Shown: positions 17,908 through 28,121 of the stretch, piece by piece
Numbering within the stretch: position 1 is the first letter of the stretch
Layout of the letters: each line of letters opens with the position of its first letter
Origin: Acidobacteriota bacterium
GTDB taxonomy: Bacteria > Acidobacteriota > Terriglobia > Bryobacterales > UBA6623
Direction: 5' to 3'
Assembly: GCA_027624045.1 (NCBI GenBank)
Contig: JAQBUE010000001.1
Coordinates: 24,511-88,510 of the forward strand
DNA length: 64,000 nucleotides
Made by a program: the position numbers and the translations under genes
The notes under the pieces: generated by a model
What the model was told of the DNA's origin: nothing
The model's database searches: none
Seen by the model: only the letters and a program-made list of their open reading frames with translations

Positions 17908-18864
17908 CTAAACGTGATTTCGCAGCATCAACTCTTTCGGGTGAGGGTCCAAATAGTACTGGCGCTCCAGATATGCGATCTGGAAGCGCCGGACGTAGTG
18001 CCGCATCAGAGTGATCGGCACAATCAACGGCACAAGCCCATTGCGAAAGTCCCCAATCAGGTCGCCTAACTCGTGGCGTGAGGCAGCGTCGAGTTCCTTG
18101 CTTACATAGCCGGCCGCGTGTTGCAGCACGTTCGTGTGGCGGCCCTTGGTGGCTTTCTTGCGGAGAGCGGCCATGAAGGCTCGCTCGTAGTTTCGGCGAA
18201 ATACAGCGCGGGGAGTTTGCTGGATGGCGGCAACCTGTTGACCGAGCTGACGATAGTCCGCGGGCGAGTGCGCCATGAGCACAAGTTTATGTTGAGCGTG
18301 AAATTCGATTATTTCGCGAACCTTCCAGCCCGTGGCGAACAGACTCCGCAAACGTTGGCAAGCGAAGATTCGCTCGATGAAGTTCTCACGTAACTTGGGG
18401 TCGTGGAGGCGGCCCTCCTCTTCGACCGGCAAGTCGGGAAAACGTTCCAGCAGCGGCCTCGCGAACGCTCCGACGCCTTCCTTACTGGGAACCTCGCTCT
18501 CGTCGTAGACGGCGACACGCTCCATGCCGCAAGTCGGGGAGCGTGACTTCAGGATGTACCCGCAGAGATCTTCCTTCGCCAACTCCGTGAGCCGCTTGCG
18601 AGCCCACTTTCCCATCGCGTCCGTGTGATCCTGTTGCGACTTGAGCGCCACGAGCCGCACCGCGCCGGCGTTTCTCTCGAGCCGGATCGACTCTCTCGGG
18701 ACGCCCATACCGACTTCCATCTCAGGACAAACTGGAACCCATTCGACATAAGGGCCCAGCGTGTCAACTAGAAAACGATCGCGCTTATGGCCGCCGTCAT
18801 AGCGAACAAGTTCACCGAGCAGACAGCTTGAGATGCCAAGGCGGAGGGAGCTCACACGGTCCAT
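17908..18864 (-). CDS. DUF523 (YbbK-like) / DUF1722 (YbgA-like) fusion protein
   Basis: N-terminal LGISSCLLGELVRYDGGHK (DUF523). C-terminal tail RHYVRRFQIAYLERQYYLDPHPKELMLRNHV is typical of YbgA/DUF1722. Start moved to ATG 18864 to avoid overlapping the divergent neighbour. Confidence 0.8.
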   Translation of the reverse strand: MDRVSSLRLGISSCLLGELVRYDGGHKRDRFLVDTLGPYVEWVPVCPEMEVGMGVPRESIRLERNAGAVRLVALKSQQDHTDAMGKWARKRLTELAKEDLCGYILKSRSPTCGMERVAVYDESEVPSKEGVGAFARPLLERFPDLPVEEEGRLHDPKLRENFIERIFACQRLRSLFATGWKVREIIEFHAQHKLVLMAHSPADYRQLGQQVAAIQQTPRAVFRRNYERAFMAALRKKATKGRHTNVLQHAAGYVSKELDAASRHELGDLIGDFRNGLVPLIVPITLMRHYVRRFQIAYLERQYYLDPHPKELMLRNHV

Positions 18865-18909
18865 GATCGCAAATAGCCCGGGGCGGGAACTCACATATAA
18901 TCGAGGGTT

Positions 18910-19923
18910 ATGCGTATCCAAACCACGGTCGTAGGCAGTTATCCGATTCCGCGATGGCTATATGGTGACTCTTCACGCACAACCCTCGAGGACGCTATTT
19001 CGGTCGTTCTCAAAACGCAGGAGCGTGCCGGAATCGACTTAGTCGCTGATGGCGAGCTAAATCGCTTCGACCCCAGCCATCCCGAAACCAATGGCATGAT
19101 CGACTACTTTGTGAGCCGCATGTCGGGCGTCAAGACACGCTATTCGATCAGCGATATCGAGGCGTTCCGAGCCGACCAGGGGATGAATTTTCGGTCGGCT
19201 CCGGCCGGGATCGTGGAAAGTGAAATCGGTGAAGGTGTTCTCAATCTACCGGGGGACTATGAGTTCACACGCCCGCTGACGGCGAAACCGCTGAAGTTCA
19301 CCTGTACGGGTCCGCACATGTTGGCAAAGACGCTGACGGACCGCCATTACGGTTCCCACGAAAAAGTTTGTATGGCGATCGCTGAAGTATTGGGCAAACA
19401 GCTCGAACGTATTCCGGCGGATGTCGTGCAGGTCGACGAGGCGAACATATCTGGACATCCCGAAGACACCCCGTGGGCCATCGCGGCGCTGAATCACGTA
19501 CTCGACGGCATTCAAACAACACGCGCCGTCCATATCTGCTTCGGCAACTACGGCGGACAATCGATCCAGAAGGGCTTTTGGAAGAGCCTCCTGCCGCTGC
19601 TCAACGGTCTGCACGTCAACCACTACGTTCTCGAATTCGCGCGGCGCGGATACGAGGAGTTGCCGGAGTTGCAGGACCTCGATCCGAAGATCGGCATCGG
19701 ACTAGCCGTCGTCGATATCAAAGACAACGAAGTCGAATCAGCGGACGTGATCGCCTCCCGCATCGAGAACGCATGCAGCGTACTGGGTGAGGAACGGATT
19801 CACTATATTCATCCCGATTGCGGCTTTTGGATGTTGCAGCGCAGCGTCGCGGATCGCAAAATGAAAGCGCTGAGCGAGGGCCGAGACTTGTTCTATGGCC
19901 GGAAGGAAGGCGCTACCGGGTAG
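18910..19923 (+). CDS. cobalamin-independent methionine synthase (MetE C-terminal domain-like) family protein
   Basis: 337 aa. N-terminus TTVVGSYPIPRWL, plus the HICFGNYG and HPDCGF zinc-ligand-like blocks characteristic of the MetE catalytic-domain family. Confidence 0.75.
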   Translation: MRIQTTVVGSYPIPRWLYGDSSRTTLEDAISVVLKTQERAGIDLVADGELNRFDPSHPETNGMIDYFVSRMSGVKTRYSISDIEAFRADQGMNFRSAPAGIVESEIGEGVLNLPGDYEFTRPLTAKPLKFTCTGPHMLAKTLTDRHYGSHEKVCMAIAEVLGKQLERIPADVVQVDEANISGHPEDTPWAIAALNHVLDGIQTTRAVHICFGNYGGQSIQKGFWKSLLPLLNGLHVNHYVLEFARRGYEELPELQDLDPKIGIGLAVVDIKDNEVESADVIASRIENACSVLGEERIHYIHPDCGFWMLQRSVADRKMKALSEGRDLFYGRKEGATG

Positions 19924-20012
19924 CACCGCTCACCCAGCGGCCCTGGCGATGTTTACAGACGCTTAACAAGCGTTCGTAACCGGACGGGAGCCGCCCGCGC
20001 CCAATCTTATAT

Positions 20013-22853
20013 ATGGTCGGCCGGACCATCTCTCATTACACGATCCTGGCTCGCTTAGGCGAGGGAGGGATGGGTGTCGTCTACAAGGCGGAAGACACTC
20101 GCCTTGAACGGCCGGTCGCGCTGAAATTCCTGAACCTCGTCGCCGAAACAGGAGACGACTCCAAAGCCCGTTTCGAACGCGAGGCGCGGGCCGCGGCGGC
20201 TCTCGACCATCCGAACATCTGCACGATATACGAAATTGACGAAGCCGAGGGACGTCCCTTTATTGCGATGGCATTCCTTGAAGGGGATACCGTGCAAGAG
20301 TTGGTCCAGAAGTCTCCCCTGGCCATCGACGACGTGCTCGAATTGGGTTCCCAGGCGGCGAAGGGCCTGGCAGCGGCGCACGAAAAGGGCGTCGTTCATC
20401 GCGACATCAAGAGCGCCAATCTGATGGTTGTGCGGGCCTCGACCGGCAGCGAACCGCAGCTCAAGATCATGGACTTCGGGCTGGCGCAGCTCACGGCGGG
20501 TGCCAGCAAGCTCACCCAGGATGGCAGCACGCTCGGCACGGCGGCCTATATGTCGCCCGAGCAGTCGCGCGGCGAGAAGGTCGACGAGCGAACTGATCTG
20601 TGGTCGCTCGGTGCGGTGCTCTACGAAATGCTCACCAGCCAGATGCCCTTTCGCGGTGAGTATCAGCAGGCGGTTGTTTATTCCATCCTGCATGAAGCGC
20701 CACAGCCGATCACGGCGCTCCGAAGCGGCGTCGATCTGGAACTGGAGCGGATCGTTTTTAAGGCCCTCCAAAAAACCACGGAGGACCGCTATCAGAACGC
20801 TGTCGATCTGCTGGTGGACCTGCGCGCGCTAAAGAAACAGCGCGATTCCGGAGCCGCGCAGATGCGGCCGTCCGCCTTCGTGACGGCCGTCACCCCGCCG
20901 GCCACGGTCGACTCAGGCGAACGTCCAGCTTCAGCAGACTCGGTGGCCCCGGCACCGCCGCTTCCCCGTTGGCGGCGGTACGGGCTGCTGGGCGCCGCAG
21001 CCGTGCTTCTGGTTGCGCTGGGAGCACTGGCGTCCCGTTTGCTGGGGCCTTATTCTCCAATCGACCCTTCACTTCCGCCCGTCGTCACCCCCATCACCAG
21101 CGATGAGGGCACCGAAAGCTTCGCGGCTTTCTCACCGGACGGCAGCCAGATCGCATTCGTGTGGGATGGCCCAACCCAGGACAACTTCGACATCTATATC
21201 CGCGTCGTCGATGAAGGCGGGCAGCCTTTGAGGCTCACCAGCGACCCCGCGTCGGAAACGAGTCCGGCGTGGTCTCCAGACGGCCGCTCGATCGCGTTTG
21301 TTCGTCAGCAACGCCAGGAAAGCGCCGTGTTCCTGATTCCGCCGATCGGTGGCTCCGAGCGCCGGCTTTCTGACATTACGGTCAGGGGCCGACTGATTCA
21401 AGACCGGCTTTTGGGATGGTCGCCCGATGGCCGTACGCTTGCGATTGTGCAACAAGGCGGCGCGGGGCAACGTGATGCAGGGCCGGACGGGCTGGATCCT
21501 CCAGCACAATCCGCTGCGGAAGGTGGCGCCGAGCCGGCACCCGATGCTCCGCTACCGGGTGGGCGAGAGGGCCCGCGGCGTCAAGGCATTCCCGGCGGGA
21601 TTCTGCTCCACGATGTGGCGTCAGGTCAGTCGCGCCTTCTGTATCTCACTGACGTGTCGGACGACCGAAGATCTCGCGTCCACAGTCCAACCTTTTCTCC
21701 GAACGGTGCGCGGATCGCCTTCGTGTGGGGCGCGGGTCCCCTGGCGGGCGACATTTACGTCATGCCTGTCGAAGGCGGCGGAACGCCCCAGAGAATTACG
21801 AATGATGAAAGCCTGATCCAGGGTCTGGTGTGGTCGGAGGACGGCTCTATCATCTTTTCGTCCGAGCGCGGCAGGGGCGCGACCCGATTGTGGAGAGCGA
21901 AGGTCGGACCCCTGGGCGGCGCCGTTTTGCCCTTATTGGGGCCGGGCGAGAATGCCACCCTTCCGGCCGTCGCGAAGCAAGGTCGACGCCTCGCCTACAC
22001 ACGCTCCGAGTTAGACATCAACATCTGGCAGCTCGACGTCGGGCACGGCCGGGAGATGATGAAACCTAAGGCAATCATCGTCTCGACCCGTCTGGATCAC
22101 AGCCCGCAATTCTCGCTCGACGGACGCCGTATCGCCTTCGTCTCCGACCGCAGCGGGTACAACGAGTTGTGGGTCGCTGATGCGGATGGCTCGAACGCCG
22201 TGAAGCTCACGTCTTACGGGGGCCCGACCGTTGCGGCCCCGAGCTGGTCGCCTGACGGAAACGAGATCGCCATGCAGGTCATCAACGGCAGCCGGTTTGA
22301 CGTGGATGTCGTCCCCGTCAACGGCTCGACGACCCGCCGTCTGACGACGGGTAACGCGAGCGGCTCCCTGCCGTTCTGGTCGCACGACAGTGAGTGGATC
22401 TACGTGACGCTTCGCGAGGATGGGCTTTGCAAGATACCGGCGCGCGGGGGCGAGGTTGTTCACGAATCTCATCGGCTGGCCGCCGAGGGTGGCTCGGCCC
22501 AGGAATCGATGGATGGGACATTGCTGTACTTCGCCAAGCGCGGGTTTGGAGGCGGACTCTGGCAGATCCCGGTCGAAGGCGGGACCGCCAGCGCCCTGCC
22601 GCGGGCAGTGATGCCGGCCGGCCGGGGCCGCTGGGCCGTTACCGAAAAGGGCATCTTCTTCGTCGACCGCGACCGTAACCTGAAGGTCTATCACACCGGC
22701 ACGGGCCAGGTCGCAACTCTGACGACCATGGAGCCGGAGGCGATGCAGTATCCGGGACCGGGATTCTCGGTCTCGCCCGATGGCATGTCCGTGCTGTACG
22801 TGCGCGTCGACCGCAGCGAAGCGGACTTGATGTTGGTCGAAAACTACCGCTAG
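20013..22853 (+). CDS. Ser/Thr protein kinase fused to TolB-like PD40 beta-propeller
   Basis: Hanks kinase motifs GEGGMGVVYKA, HRDIKSANLM, DFGLA and SPEQ. One TM helix (LLGAAAVLLVALGAL). Six or more PD40 repeats (FSPDGSQIAF, WSPDGRSIAF, FSLDGRRIAFVSDRSG, WSPDGNEIAM). Confidence 0.9.
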   Translation: MVGRTISHYTILARLGEGGMGVVYKAEDTRLERPVALKFLNLVAETGDDSKARFEREARAAAALDHPNICTIYEIDEAEGRPFIAMAFLEGDTVQELVQKSPLAIDDVLELGSQAAKGLAAAHEKGVVHRDIKSANLMVVRASTGSEPQLKIMDFGLAQLTAGASKLTQDGSTLGTAAYMSPEQSRGEKVDERTDLWSLGAVLYEMLTSQMPFRGEYQQAVVYSILHEAPQPITALRSGVDLELERIVFKALQKTTEDRYQNAVDLLVDLRALKKQRDSGAAQMRPSAFVTAVTPPATVDSGERPASADSVAPAPPLPRWRRYGLLGAAAVLLVALGALASRLLGPYSPIDPSLPPVVTPITSDEGTESFAAFSPDGSQIAFVWDGPTQDNFDIYIRVVDEGGQPLRLTSDPASETSPAWSPDGRSIAFVRQQRQESAVFLIPPIGGSERRLSDITVRGRLIQDRLLGWSPDGRTLAIVQQGGAGQRDAGPDGLDPPAQSAAEGGAEPAPDAPLPGGREGPRRQGIPGGILLHDVASGQSRLLYLTDVSDDRRSRVHSPTFSPNGARIAFVWGAGPLAGDIYVMPVEGGGTPQRITNDESLIQGLVWSEDGSIIFSSERGRGATRLWRAKVGPLGGAVLPLLGPGENATLPAVAKQGRRLAYTRSELDINIWQLDVGHGREMMKPKAIIVSTRLDHSPQFSLDGRRIAFVSDRSGYNELWVADADGSNAVKLTSYGGPTVAAPSWSPDGNEIAMQVINGSRFDVDVVPVNGSTTRRLTTGNASGSLPFWSHDSEWIYVTLREDGLCKIPARGGEVVHESHRLAAEGGSAQESMDGTLLYFAKRGFGGGLWQIPVEGGTASALPRAVMPAGRGRWAVTEKGIFFVDRDRNLKVYHTGTGQVATLTTMEPEAMQYPGPGFSVSPDGMSVLYVRVDRSEADLMLVENYR

Positions 22854-22911
22854 CCCGCGCCCCCCACAAGCCTGTTGCGTCTTCAATCCACTGCTAGAAT
22901 ACCTTGCAGAG

Positions 22912-23127
22912 ATGAAGTACCGGGTGCATATCGAGCAGGATGAAGACGGCTGGTTCGTCGTAACGTGCCCATCGCTTCCGGGCTGTGTGTCGCAGGGCGG
23001 CACAAGAGACGAAGCATTGCGGAACATCGGCGAAGCGGTGGAGGCGTATATCGAGAGTCTCCGCAAACACGATGAACCCATACCGCCTGGCATACAAGAA
23101 GAATTGGTGGACGTGGCCGGCGGATGA
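22912..23127 (+). CDS. hicB: HicB family antitoxin (short, UPF0150-type)
   Basis: 71 aa. YRVHIEQDEDGWFVVTCPSLPGCVSQGGTRDEALRNIGEAVEAYIESL is the HicB N-terminal fold signature. ATGA overlap with hicA. Confidence 0.8.
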   Translation: MKYRVHIEQDEDGWFVVTCPSLPGCVSQGGTRDEALRNIGEAVEAYIESLRKHDEPIPPGIQEELVDVAGG

Positions 23128-23345
23128 AGCTTCCCGTTGTGTCGGGTGCCCGGGCGGTCGAGGTCTTCGGCAAGCTCGGATACGAACAAGACCACCAGCG
23201 GGGTAGTCACCTCATCTTGCGCCATCGCGACCGACCGCATCGGCGTCTTTCCGTTCCCAACCACCGAGAACTGGCCAAAGGAACTCCGCGGGCTCTTGTC
23301 CGTGCTGCCGGGCTAACAGTGGACGAGTTTGTCGCCCTTGTTTAG
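23124..23345 (+). CDS. hicA: HicA family mRNA interferase toxin
   Basis: 73 aa. GSHLILRH...LSVPNHRELAKGTPRALVRAAGLTVDEF matches the HicA (YcfA) pattern with the catalytic His. Confidence 0.8.
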   Translation: MKLPVVSGARAVEVFGKLGYEQDHQRGSHLILRHRDRPHRRLSVPNHRELAKGTPRALVRAAGLTVDEFVALV

Positions 23346-23363
23346 CCCCACTTTGGCCCAAGT

Positions 23364-24395
23364 CTAACCGCCGAAGGTCCGCGTCAGCCGCGCCAGCTCT
23401 TCGAGCTTCGCCAGAGCCCTGCCGCTGTCAATCGAATCGGCCGCCAGCCTGACGCCCTCCACGAACTTCTGCGCCTTCCCGGCTGCCACCAGCGCCGCCG
23501 AAACATTGGCCAGCACGATATCTCGCTTAGGCCCCAACCGGCCGCCCAGAATCTCGTTGAGTATCTCGGCATTCGCTTGCGAGTCGCCGCCGGCGAGATC
23601 CTCCTTTGCCGCCACAGGCAGGCCGAAATCCTTCGGGCTTACTTCGCGCTCACTCACCCGCCCATCGCGGACCTCCGCCAAGCGAGTCGCGCCAGTGGTG
23701 GTGATTTCATCGAGCCCGTCGCTGCCGTGGACAACAAACGCGTGCACCGCCCCGAGCCGCGCCAGGGCTTCAGCGATCCGCACCACCCGTGCGCCATCGA
23801 AAACCCCGATCACCTGTGCTGCCGCTCCGGCCGGATTCGTCAGTGGACCCAGTAGATTGAACACCGTGCGCATTTTCAGCTCCGCGCGCACCGGCCCGGC
23901 GTGCTTCATCGCTGTGTGGATCGCGGGCGCAAACAGAAACCCAATCCCCACTTCGTCAATGCAGCGCGCCATCTGATCCGGAGTCAGAACGACCTGAACG
24001 CCCGCCGCTTCCAGCACATCCGCGCTGCCGCAGCGGCTTGAGACCGAGCGATTCCCATGCTTCGCCACCGCCGCCCCCGCTCCGGCCACGACGAATGCGG
24101 CGACGGTCGAAATATTGAACGTCTCGGAGCCGTCGCCGCCCGTGCCGCACGTGTCAACTAATTTCGATCCGGGTGTCTTGCAGGGAAGCGGCGCCGCCGC
24201 GGCTCGCATAGCGCGCGCGAAACCGGCAATCTCGTCCACGGACTCGCCCTTCATAGCAAGCGCCGTCAGCAACGCTCCCGTCAGCACGGGCGTCGACTGC
24301 CCGCCGAGGATCTCCGCCATCACCGACCCCGCTTCGGCCTCCGTCAGGTCTTCGCGCCGCACTACTTTGTGCAACGCCTCTCGAACAGCAATCAT
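23364..24395 (-). CDS. trpD: anthranilate phosphoribosyltransferase
   Basis: Start at ATG 24395 (MIAVREALHKVVRREDLTEAEA...). Motifs VDTCGTGGDGSETFNIST and KHGNRSVSSRCGSADVLEA. The track ORF has a 113-codon unsupported N-terminal extension. Confidence 0.9.
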   Translation of the reverse strand: MIAVREALHKVVRREDLTEAEAGSVMAEILGGQSTPVLTGALLTALAMKGESVDEIAGFARAMRAAAAPLPCKTPGSKLVDTCGTGGDGSETFNISTVAAFVVAGAGAAVAKHGNRSVSSRCGSADVLEAAGVQVVLTPDQMARCIDEVGIGFLFAPAIHTAMKHAGPVRAELKMRTVFNLLGPLTNPAGAAAQVIGVFDGARVVRIAEALARLGAVHAFVVHGSDGLDEITTTGATRLAEVRDGRVSEREVSPKDFGLPVAAKEDLAGGDSQANAEILNEILGGRLGPKRDIVLANVSAALVAAGKAQKFVEGVRLAADSIDSGRALAKLEELARLTRTFGG

Positions 24396-24485
24396 GAAGT
24401 TTGCGCTCCTCCGAATCGATCTTCTATGATGAGGGTCTTTGCTCCTGCGCGTTTTGCCCGATCCTAGCACGCGTTCACCTACCGC

Positions 24486-25643
24486 ATGAAAATACACGAG
24501 TATCAAGCTAAGGGCGTTCTGCGCCAGTACAAAGTTCCTGTCCCGCGTGGTGAGGTCGCCTTCACCGCCGACGAGGCTCGCCAAATCGCCGAGCAGCTCG
24601 GAGGCCGCGTCGTCGTTAAGGCACAGATCCACGCGGGCGGCCGCGGCAAGGGTGGCGGCGTCAAGCTGGCAGACAATCCTGATCACGCCAAAGAGCTCGC
24701 CGGGCAAATCCTGGGTATGACGCTTGTCACGCACCAGACCGGTCCCGAGGGACGCCTTGTCAAGCGTGTCCTGATCGAGGAAACGCTGCCGATCGAGCGC
24801 GAACTCTACCTCGGCATCGTGCTCGACCGCAAACTCGAAAGGCCCGTACTGATGGCCTCATCCGAAGGCGGCATGGATATCGAAGAGGTTGCCGCCAAGA
24901 CCCCCGATCTCATCCTCAAGGAAGCCATCCAGCCCGGCATCGGGCTTATGCCCTTCCAGGCCAGGCGGCTTGCCTTTGGCATCGGCGTCACAGGCGACGC
25001 CGTCAAAGGCGTTGTGGACGCCATGCTAGCGCTCGCCGCAGCCTACGAGGCCACCGACGCCAACCTACTTGAGATCAACCCATTCGTCATTACGACTGAC
25101 GGCCGCGCCGTTGCGCTCGACGCCAAGATGGATTTCGATGACAACGGCTTGTTCCGGCATCCCGATCTTGTCGAGCTGCGCGACCTCGACGAAGAAGATC
25201 CGCTCGAAACCGACGCCTCGAACTTCAGCCTCAACTACATCAATCTGGACGGCAATATCGGATGCATGGTTAACGGCGCCGGTTTGGCGATGGCTACGAT
25301 GGACATCATCCAGCACGCCGGCGGCAGCCCCGCGAACTTCCTTGATGTCGGCGGCGGAGCCAATGCCGATCAGATCAAAAACGGCTTCCGCATCATTCTG
25401 TCCGACCCCAACGTCAAGGCCATCATGATCAACATCTTCGGCGGCATTCTGCGCGTCGATGTGCTGGCACAAGGCGTCGTGGCGGCCGCCAAGGAACTCA
25501 ATATCAAGGTTCCCATCGTCTTGCGACTCGAGGGCACGAAGGTGGCCGAAGGCAAGAAAATCCTCGAAGATTCCGGCATGAACTTCACCATCGCCGCCAA
25601 TATGAAAGAGGCCGCCCAGAAGGCGGTCGCCGCCGCGAGCTGA
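24486..25643 (+). CDS. sucC: succinyl-CoA synthetase beta subunit
   Basis: [22 protein letters not shown]..., ATP-grasp N-terminus, and the [18 protein letters not shown] block. Confidence 0.95.
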   Translation: MKIHEYQAKGVLRQYKVPVPRGEVAFTADEARQIAEQLGGRVVVKAQIHAGGRGKGGGVKLADNPDHAKELAGQILGMTLVTHQTGPEGRLVKRVLIEETLPIERELYLGIVLDRKLERPVLMASSEGGMDIEEVAAKTPDLILKEAIQPGIGLMPFQARRLAFGIGVTGDAVKGVVDAMLALAAAYEATDANLLEINPFVITTDGRAVALDAKMDFDDNGLFRHPDLVELRDLDEEDPLETDASNFSLNYINLDGNIGCMVNGAGLAMATMDIIQHAGGSPANFLDVGGGANADQIKNGFRIILSDPNVKAIMINIFGGILRVDVLAQGVVAAAKELNIKVPIVLRLEGTKVAEGKKILEDSGMNFTIAANMKEAAQKAVAAAS

Positions 25644-25650
25644 GCCGATC

Positions 25651-26514
25651 ATGAGCATTCTCCTAGACGAAAATACGCGCATCCTGGTGCAGGGCTTCGG
25701 CCGTGCGGGCGCTTTCCACGCCCAACAGTGCGCCGAGTACGGGGCCAAGATTGTCGGTGCCGTGCATCCAGGCAAAGGCGGTTCCACGCAAGACGGCACG
25801 CCGATTTTCAACACTGTTCGCGAAGCGGTTGACGCCGTTCAGCCGACCGCATCGATCGTCTTCGTGCCCGCCGCGGGCGCGGCCGACGCCGTAATCGAAG
25901 CTGCCGATGGCGGTCTCGAACTGGTTGTCTGCATTACTGAAGGCATCCCGACGCGAGACCTCGTGAAGATCAGCTTCGCGCTCAAGGGCGGCAAGACACG
26001 CCTCATCGGGCCGAACTGCCCCGGCATCATCTCGCCCGGCAAGTCGAAACTCGGCATCATGCCCGGGTACATCCACAAGCAGGGCAACGTCGGCGTCGTG
26101 TCGCGCTCCGGCACCCTGACCTACGAAGCGGTCGGGCAGCTCACACCGCTCGGCATCGGGCAGTCGACATGTATCGGCATCGGTGGCGACCCGATCATCG
26201 GCACCCAATTTGTTGACGCCCTGAAACTCTTTAACGAAGACCCCGACACGCACGCCATCATCATGATCGGCGAGATCGGCGGCAGCGCCGAGGAAGAGGC
26301 CGCGGCGTTCATCAAGGAACACGTCAAGAAACCAGTGGCAGCCTTCATTGCGGGCCGCACGGCGCCTCCGGGACGCCGCATGGGTCACGCCGGCGCGATC
26401 ATTTCGGGAGGCAAGGGAACCGCCGCCGAGAAAGTAGCCGCGCTGGAAGACGCCGGCATCGCCGTCGCGCCCACGCCCGCCGACATGGGCTCCACCCTGG
26501 CAAGCCTCTTGTAG
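25651..26514 (+). CDS. sucD: succinyl-CoA synthetase alpha subunit
   Basis: [24 protein letters not shown] and the phosphohistidine loop [14 protein letters not shown]. 7-nt gap after sucC. Confidence 0.95.
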   Translation: MSILLDENTRILVQGFGRAGAFHAQQCAEYGAKIVGAVHPGKGGSTQDGTPIFNTVREAVDAVQPTASIVFVPAAGAADAVIEAADGGLELVVCITEGIPTRDLVKISFALKGGKTRLIGPNCPGIISPGKSKLGIMPGYIHKQGNVGVVSRSGTLTYEAVGQLTPLGIGQSTCIGIGGDPIIGTQFVDALKLFNEDPDTHAIIMIGEIGGSAEEEAAAFIKEHVKKPVAAFIAGRTAPPGRRMGHAGAIISGGKGTAAEKVAALEDAGIAVAPTPADMGSTLASLL

Positions 26515-26590
26515 TTTCTGAGAGAAACGTGGCGCCGTGTCGCGGAAACGTATTCCGTTCTATACAGATCCCTCGCGAGAAAATCAAATC

Positions 26591-27013
26591 ATGGCAATTG
26601 AACGTACTTTCACCATCATCAAACCCGACGCTACAGCGGCCGGTCACGTCGGCGAAATCATCACCGAACTCGAACGCGCCGGCTTTCGTATCCTGGCGCT
26701 AAAGAAGCTTCATCTGACTAGGGCGCAGGCCGAAGGTTTCTACGCCGTTCACAGCGAACGGCCCTTCTTCGAATCCCTCGTGACCTTCATGACCGAAGGC
26801 GAGATCGTACCCATCGCGCTCGAACGCGACAACGCGATCACTGCGTTGCGGGAGCTGATGGGTCCCACGAACGCCTCGGAAGCACCGCCAGAGACGATCC
26901 GCGGCAAGTTCGGAACCAACATCGAGCGCAACGCCATGCACGGGTCCGACGCACCCGCAACCGCCGCTGTTGAAATCGCGTTCTTTTTCAGCCGCCTCGA
27001 ACTCGACCGCTAA
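26591..27013 (+). CDS. ndk: nucleoside diphosphate kinase
   Basis: Start at ATG 26591 (MAIERTFTIIKPD). Active-site NAMHGSD. Confidence 0.95.
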   Translation: MAIERTFTIIKPDATAAGHVGEIITELERAGFRILALKKLHLTRAQAEGFYAVHSERPFFESLVTFMTEGEIVPIALERDNAITALRELMGPTNASEAPPETIRGKFGTNIERNAMHGSDAPATAAVEIAFFFSRLELDR

Positions 27014-27089
27014 CCTCCCACGCGACCGCCTACAACTAGGCTGAGCGCCCGATGTGAATCCGGCAGCCCGCTCCGCAAGGCGTGGATCT

Positions 27090-28121
27090 CTACGCTACGC
27101 GTTCAGCAGGCTGAGCTTGGTCTGAAAACTGTGGGCCCGTCACTGGGCGCGGCTGATGCCGCGCCACGATGATGATGCCTACGATCACTGCCGCCGCTCC
27201 CACAACGAACGATCGGGGTAAGTGCTCGGCGAAGACGAGGGCGCTGAACAGAACTCCGAAAAGGGGAGTGGGAAAAGCAAATACGGAAATGATTCCAGGC
27301 GGATAGTCACGCAGCAGCCGCGTCCACAAGATGAAGCAGAAACCCGCCACGATCACGCCTTGATAGATGATGGCAGCCACCGGCATCCAGATTAGGGGAC
27401 CGACTGTCGGCGGCTCGAAGGCATAAGCCATCACAAAAAAGAGCGGCTCCGACAACACGAGCGTCCAGAAGATAGCGCGCGTTGCGTCGACGCGTTGCAC
27501 GACTCGTTTCGTCGTTATCGAACGCACTGCGACGAAGAAGGCTGAAACCACGGCCAGAATGTTTCCCCAGTAAGGGTACATCGCTAAGCGTGCGTCGGGC
27601 TTACCGAGAAAGATGAACGAGATGCCCGCGAAGGCCAGCAGCAGTCCGATGAGGCGCATGCCGGAGACACGGTCGCCCGGCACGAAATAGTGTGCCAGCA
27701 GGTTCGTGAAAATCGGATGGGCATTGATCAGCACGACGGCGTACGCGGCCGACGTCATATTCACGGAGTGGTTGAGCAGCGATATCTGCATGAAGCAAAG
27801 CGAGGCCAGAACGGCCAAAGGGCCCCACTCCTGGCGTTCGGGCGTCAGCCGTACTCCTTCGCCGCGCGCCCACAGGCCGATCACGATGGCACCGATGCCC
27901 ATCCGCCAAAACGCGCCCCAGAACGGTGGGAAGGCTTCAAGACCCACCTTGAGCGCCACTATATTGGCGCCCCAGAAAAGCGAAATGGCGAGCGCAACCA
28001 GCGCAACGCCCACCCCCACGGTTTTGTCGCGGCGCGGTTCGTCTCCGTCCAGTTGCAGCGGCGGTGACGGCGTTACAACGGGGATCGCCTGTCGCTTCAA
28101 GTCCAGCGAAAGGGGTTTCAT
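27090..28121 (-). CDS. EamA/DMT family transporter
   Basis: 10-TM profile with two EamA halves. Start at ATG 28121, overlapping the stop of the upstream paralog (ATGA). The track ORF extension is unsupported. Confidence 0.8.
   Translation of the reverse strand: MKPLSLDLKRQAIPVVTPSPPLQLDGDEPRRDKTVGVGVALVALAISLFWGANIVALKVGLEAFPPFWGAFWRMGIGAIVIGLWARGEGVRLTPERQEWGPLAVLASLCFMQISLLNHSVNMTSAAYAVVLINAHPIFTNLLAHYFVPGDRVSGMRLIGLLLAFAGISFIFLGKPDARLAMYPYWGNILAVVSAFFVAVRSITTKRVVQRVDATRAIFWTLVLSEPLFFVMAYAFEPPTVGPLIWMPVAAIIYQGVIVAGFCFILWTRLLRDYPPGIISVFAFPTPLFGVLFSALVFAEHLPRSFVVGAAAVIVGIIIVARHQPRPVTGPQFSDQAQPAERVA

Noticed and set aside
18865-18921. Apparent 12-nt head-to-head overlap of the DUF523/DUF1722 gene and the metE-like gene
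   Set aside because: Using the second in-frame ATG (18864), directly before the conserved LGISSCLLG block, removes the overlap. The longer start has no support.
22854-22911. Possible hicBA promoter (TAGAAT -10-like hexamer)
   Set aside because: A good -10-like hexamer is present, but no acceptable -35 at 16-18 nt spacing. This is too weak to annotate.
22011-23264. 417-aa minus-strand ORF spanning the 3' end of the kinase gene, hicB and hicA
   Set aside because: It runs antisense across three independently well-supported genes. Its translation is Arg/Gly/Pro/Ala-rich with no motifs. This is a typical high-GC shadow ORF.
24396-24734. 113-codon N-terminal extension of the trpD ORF
   Set aside because: The extension has no similarity to TrpD N-termini and would overlap the divergent sucC promoter and start. 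The internal ATG at 24395 gives a normal-length TrpD beginning at the conserved helix.
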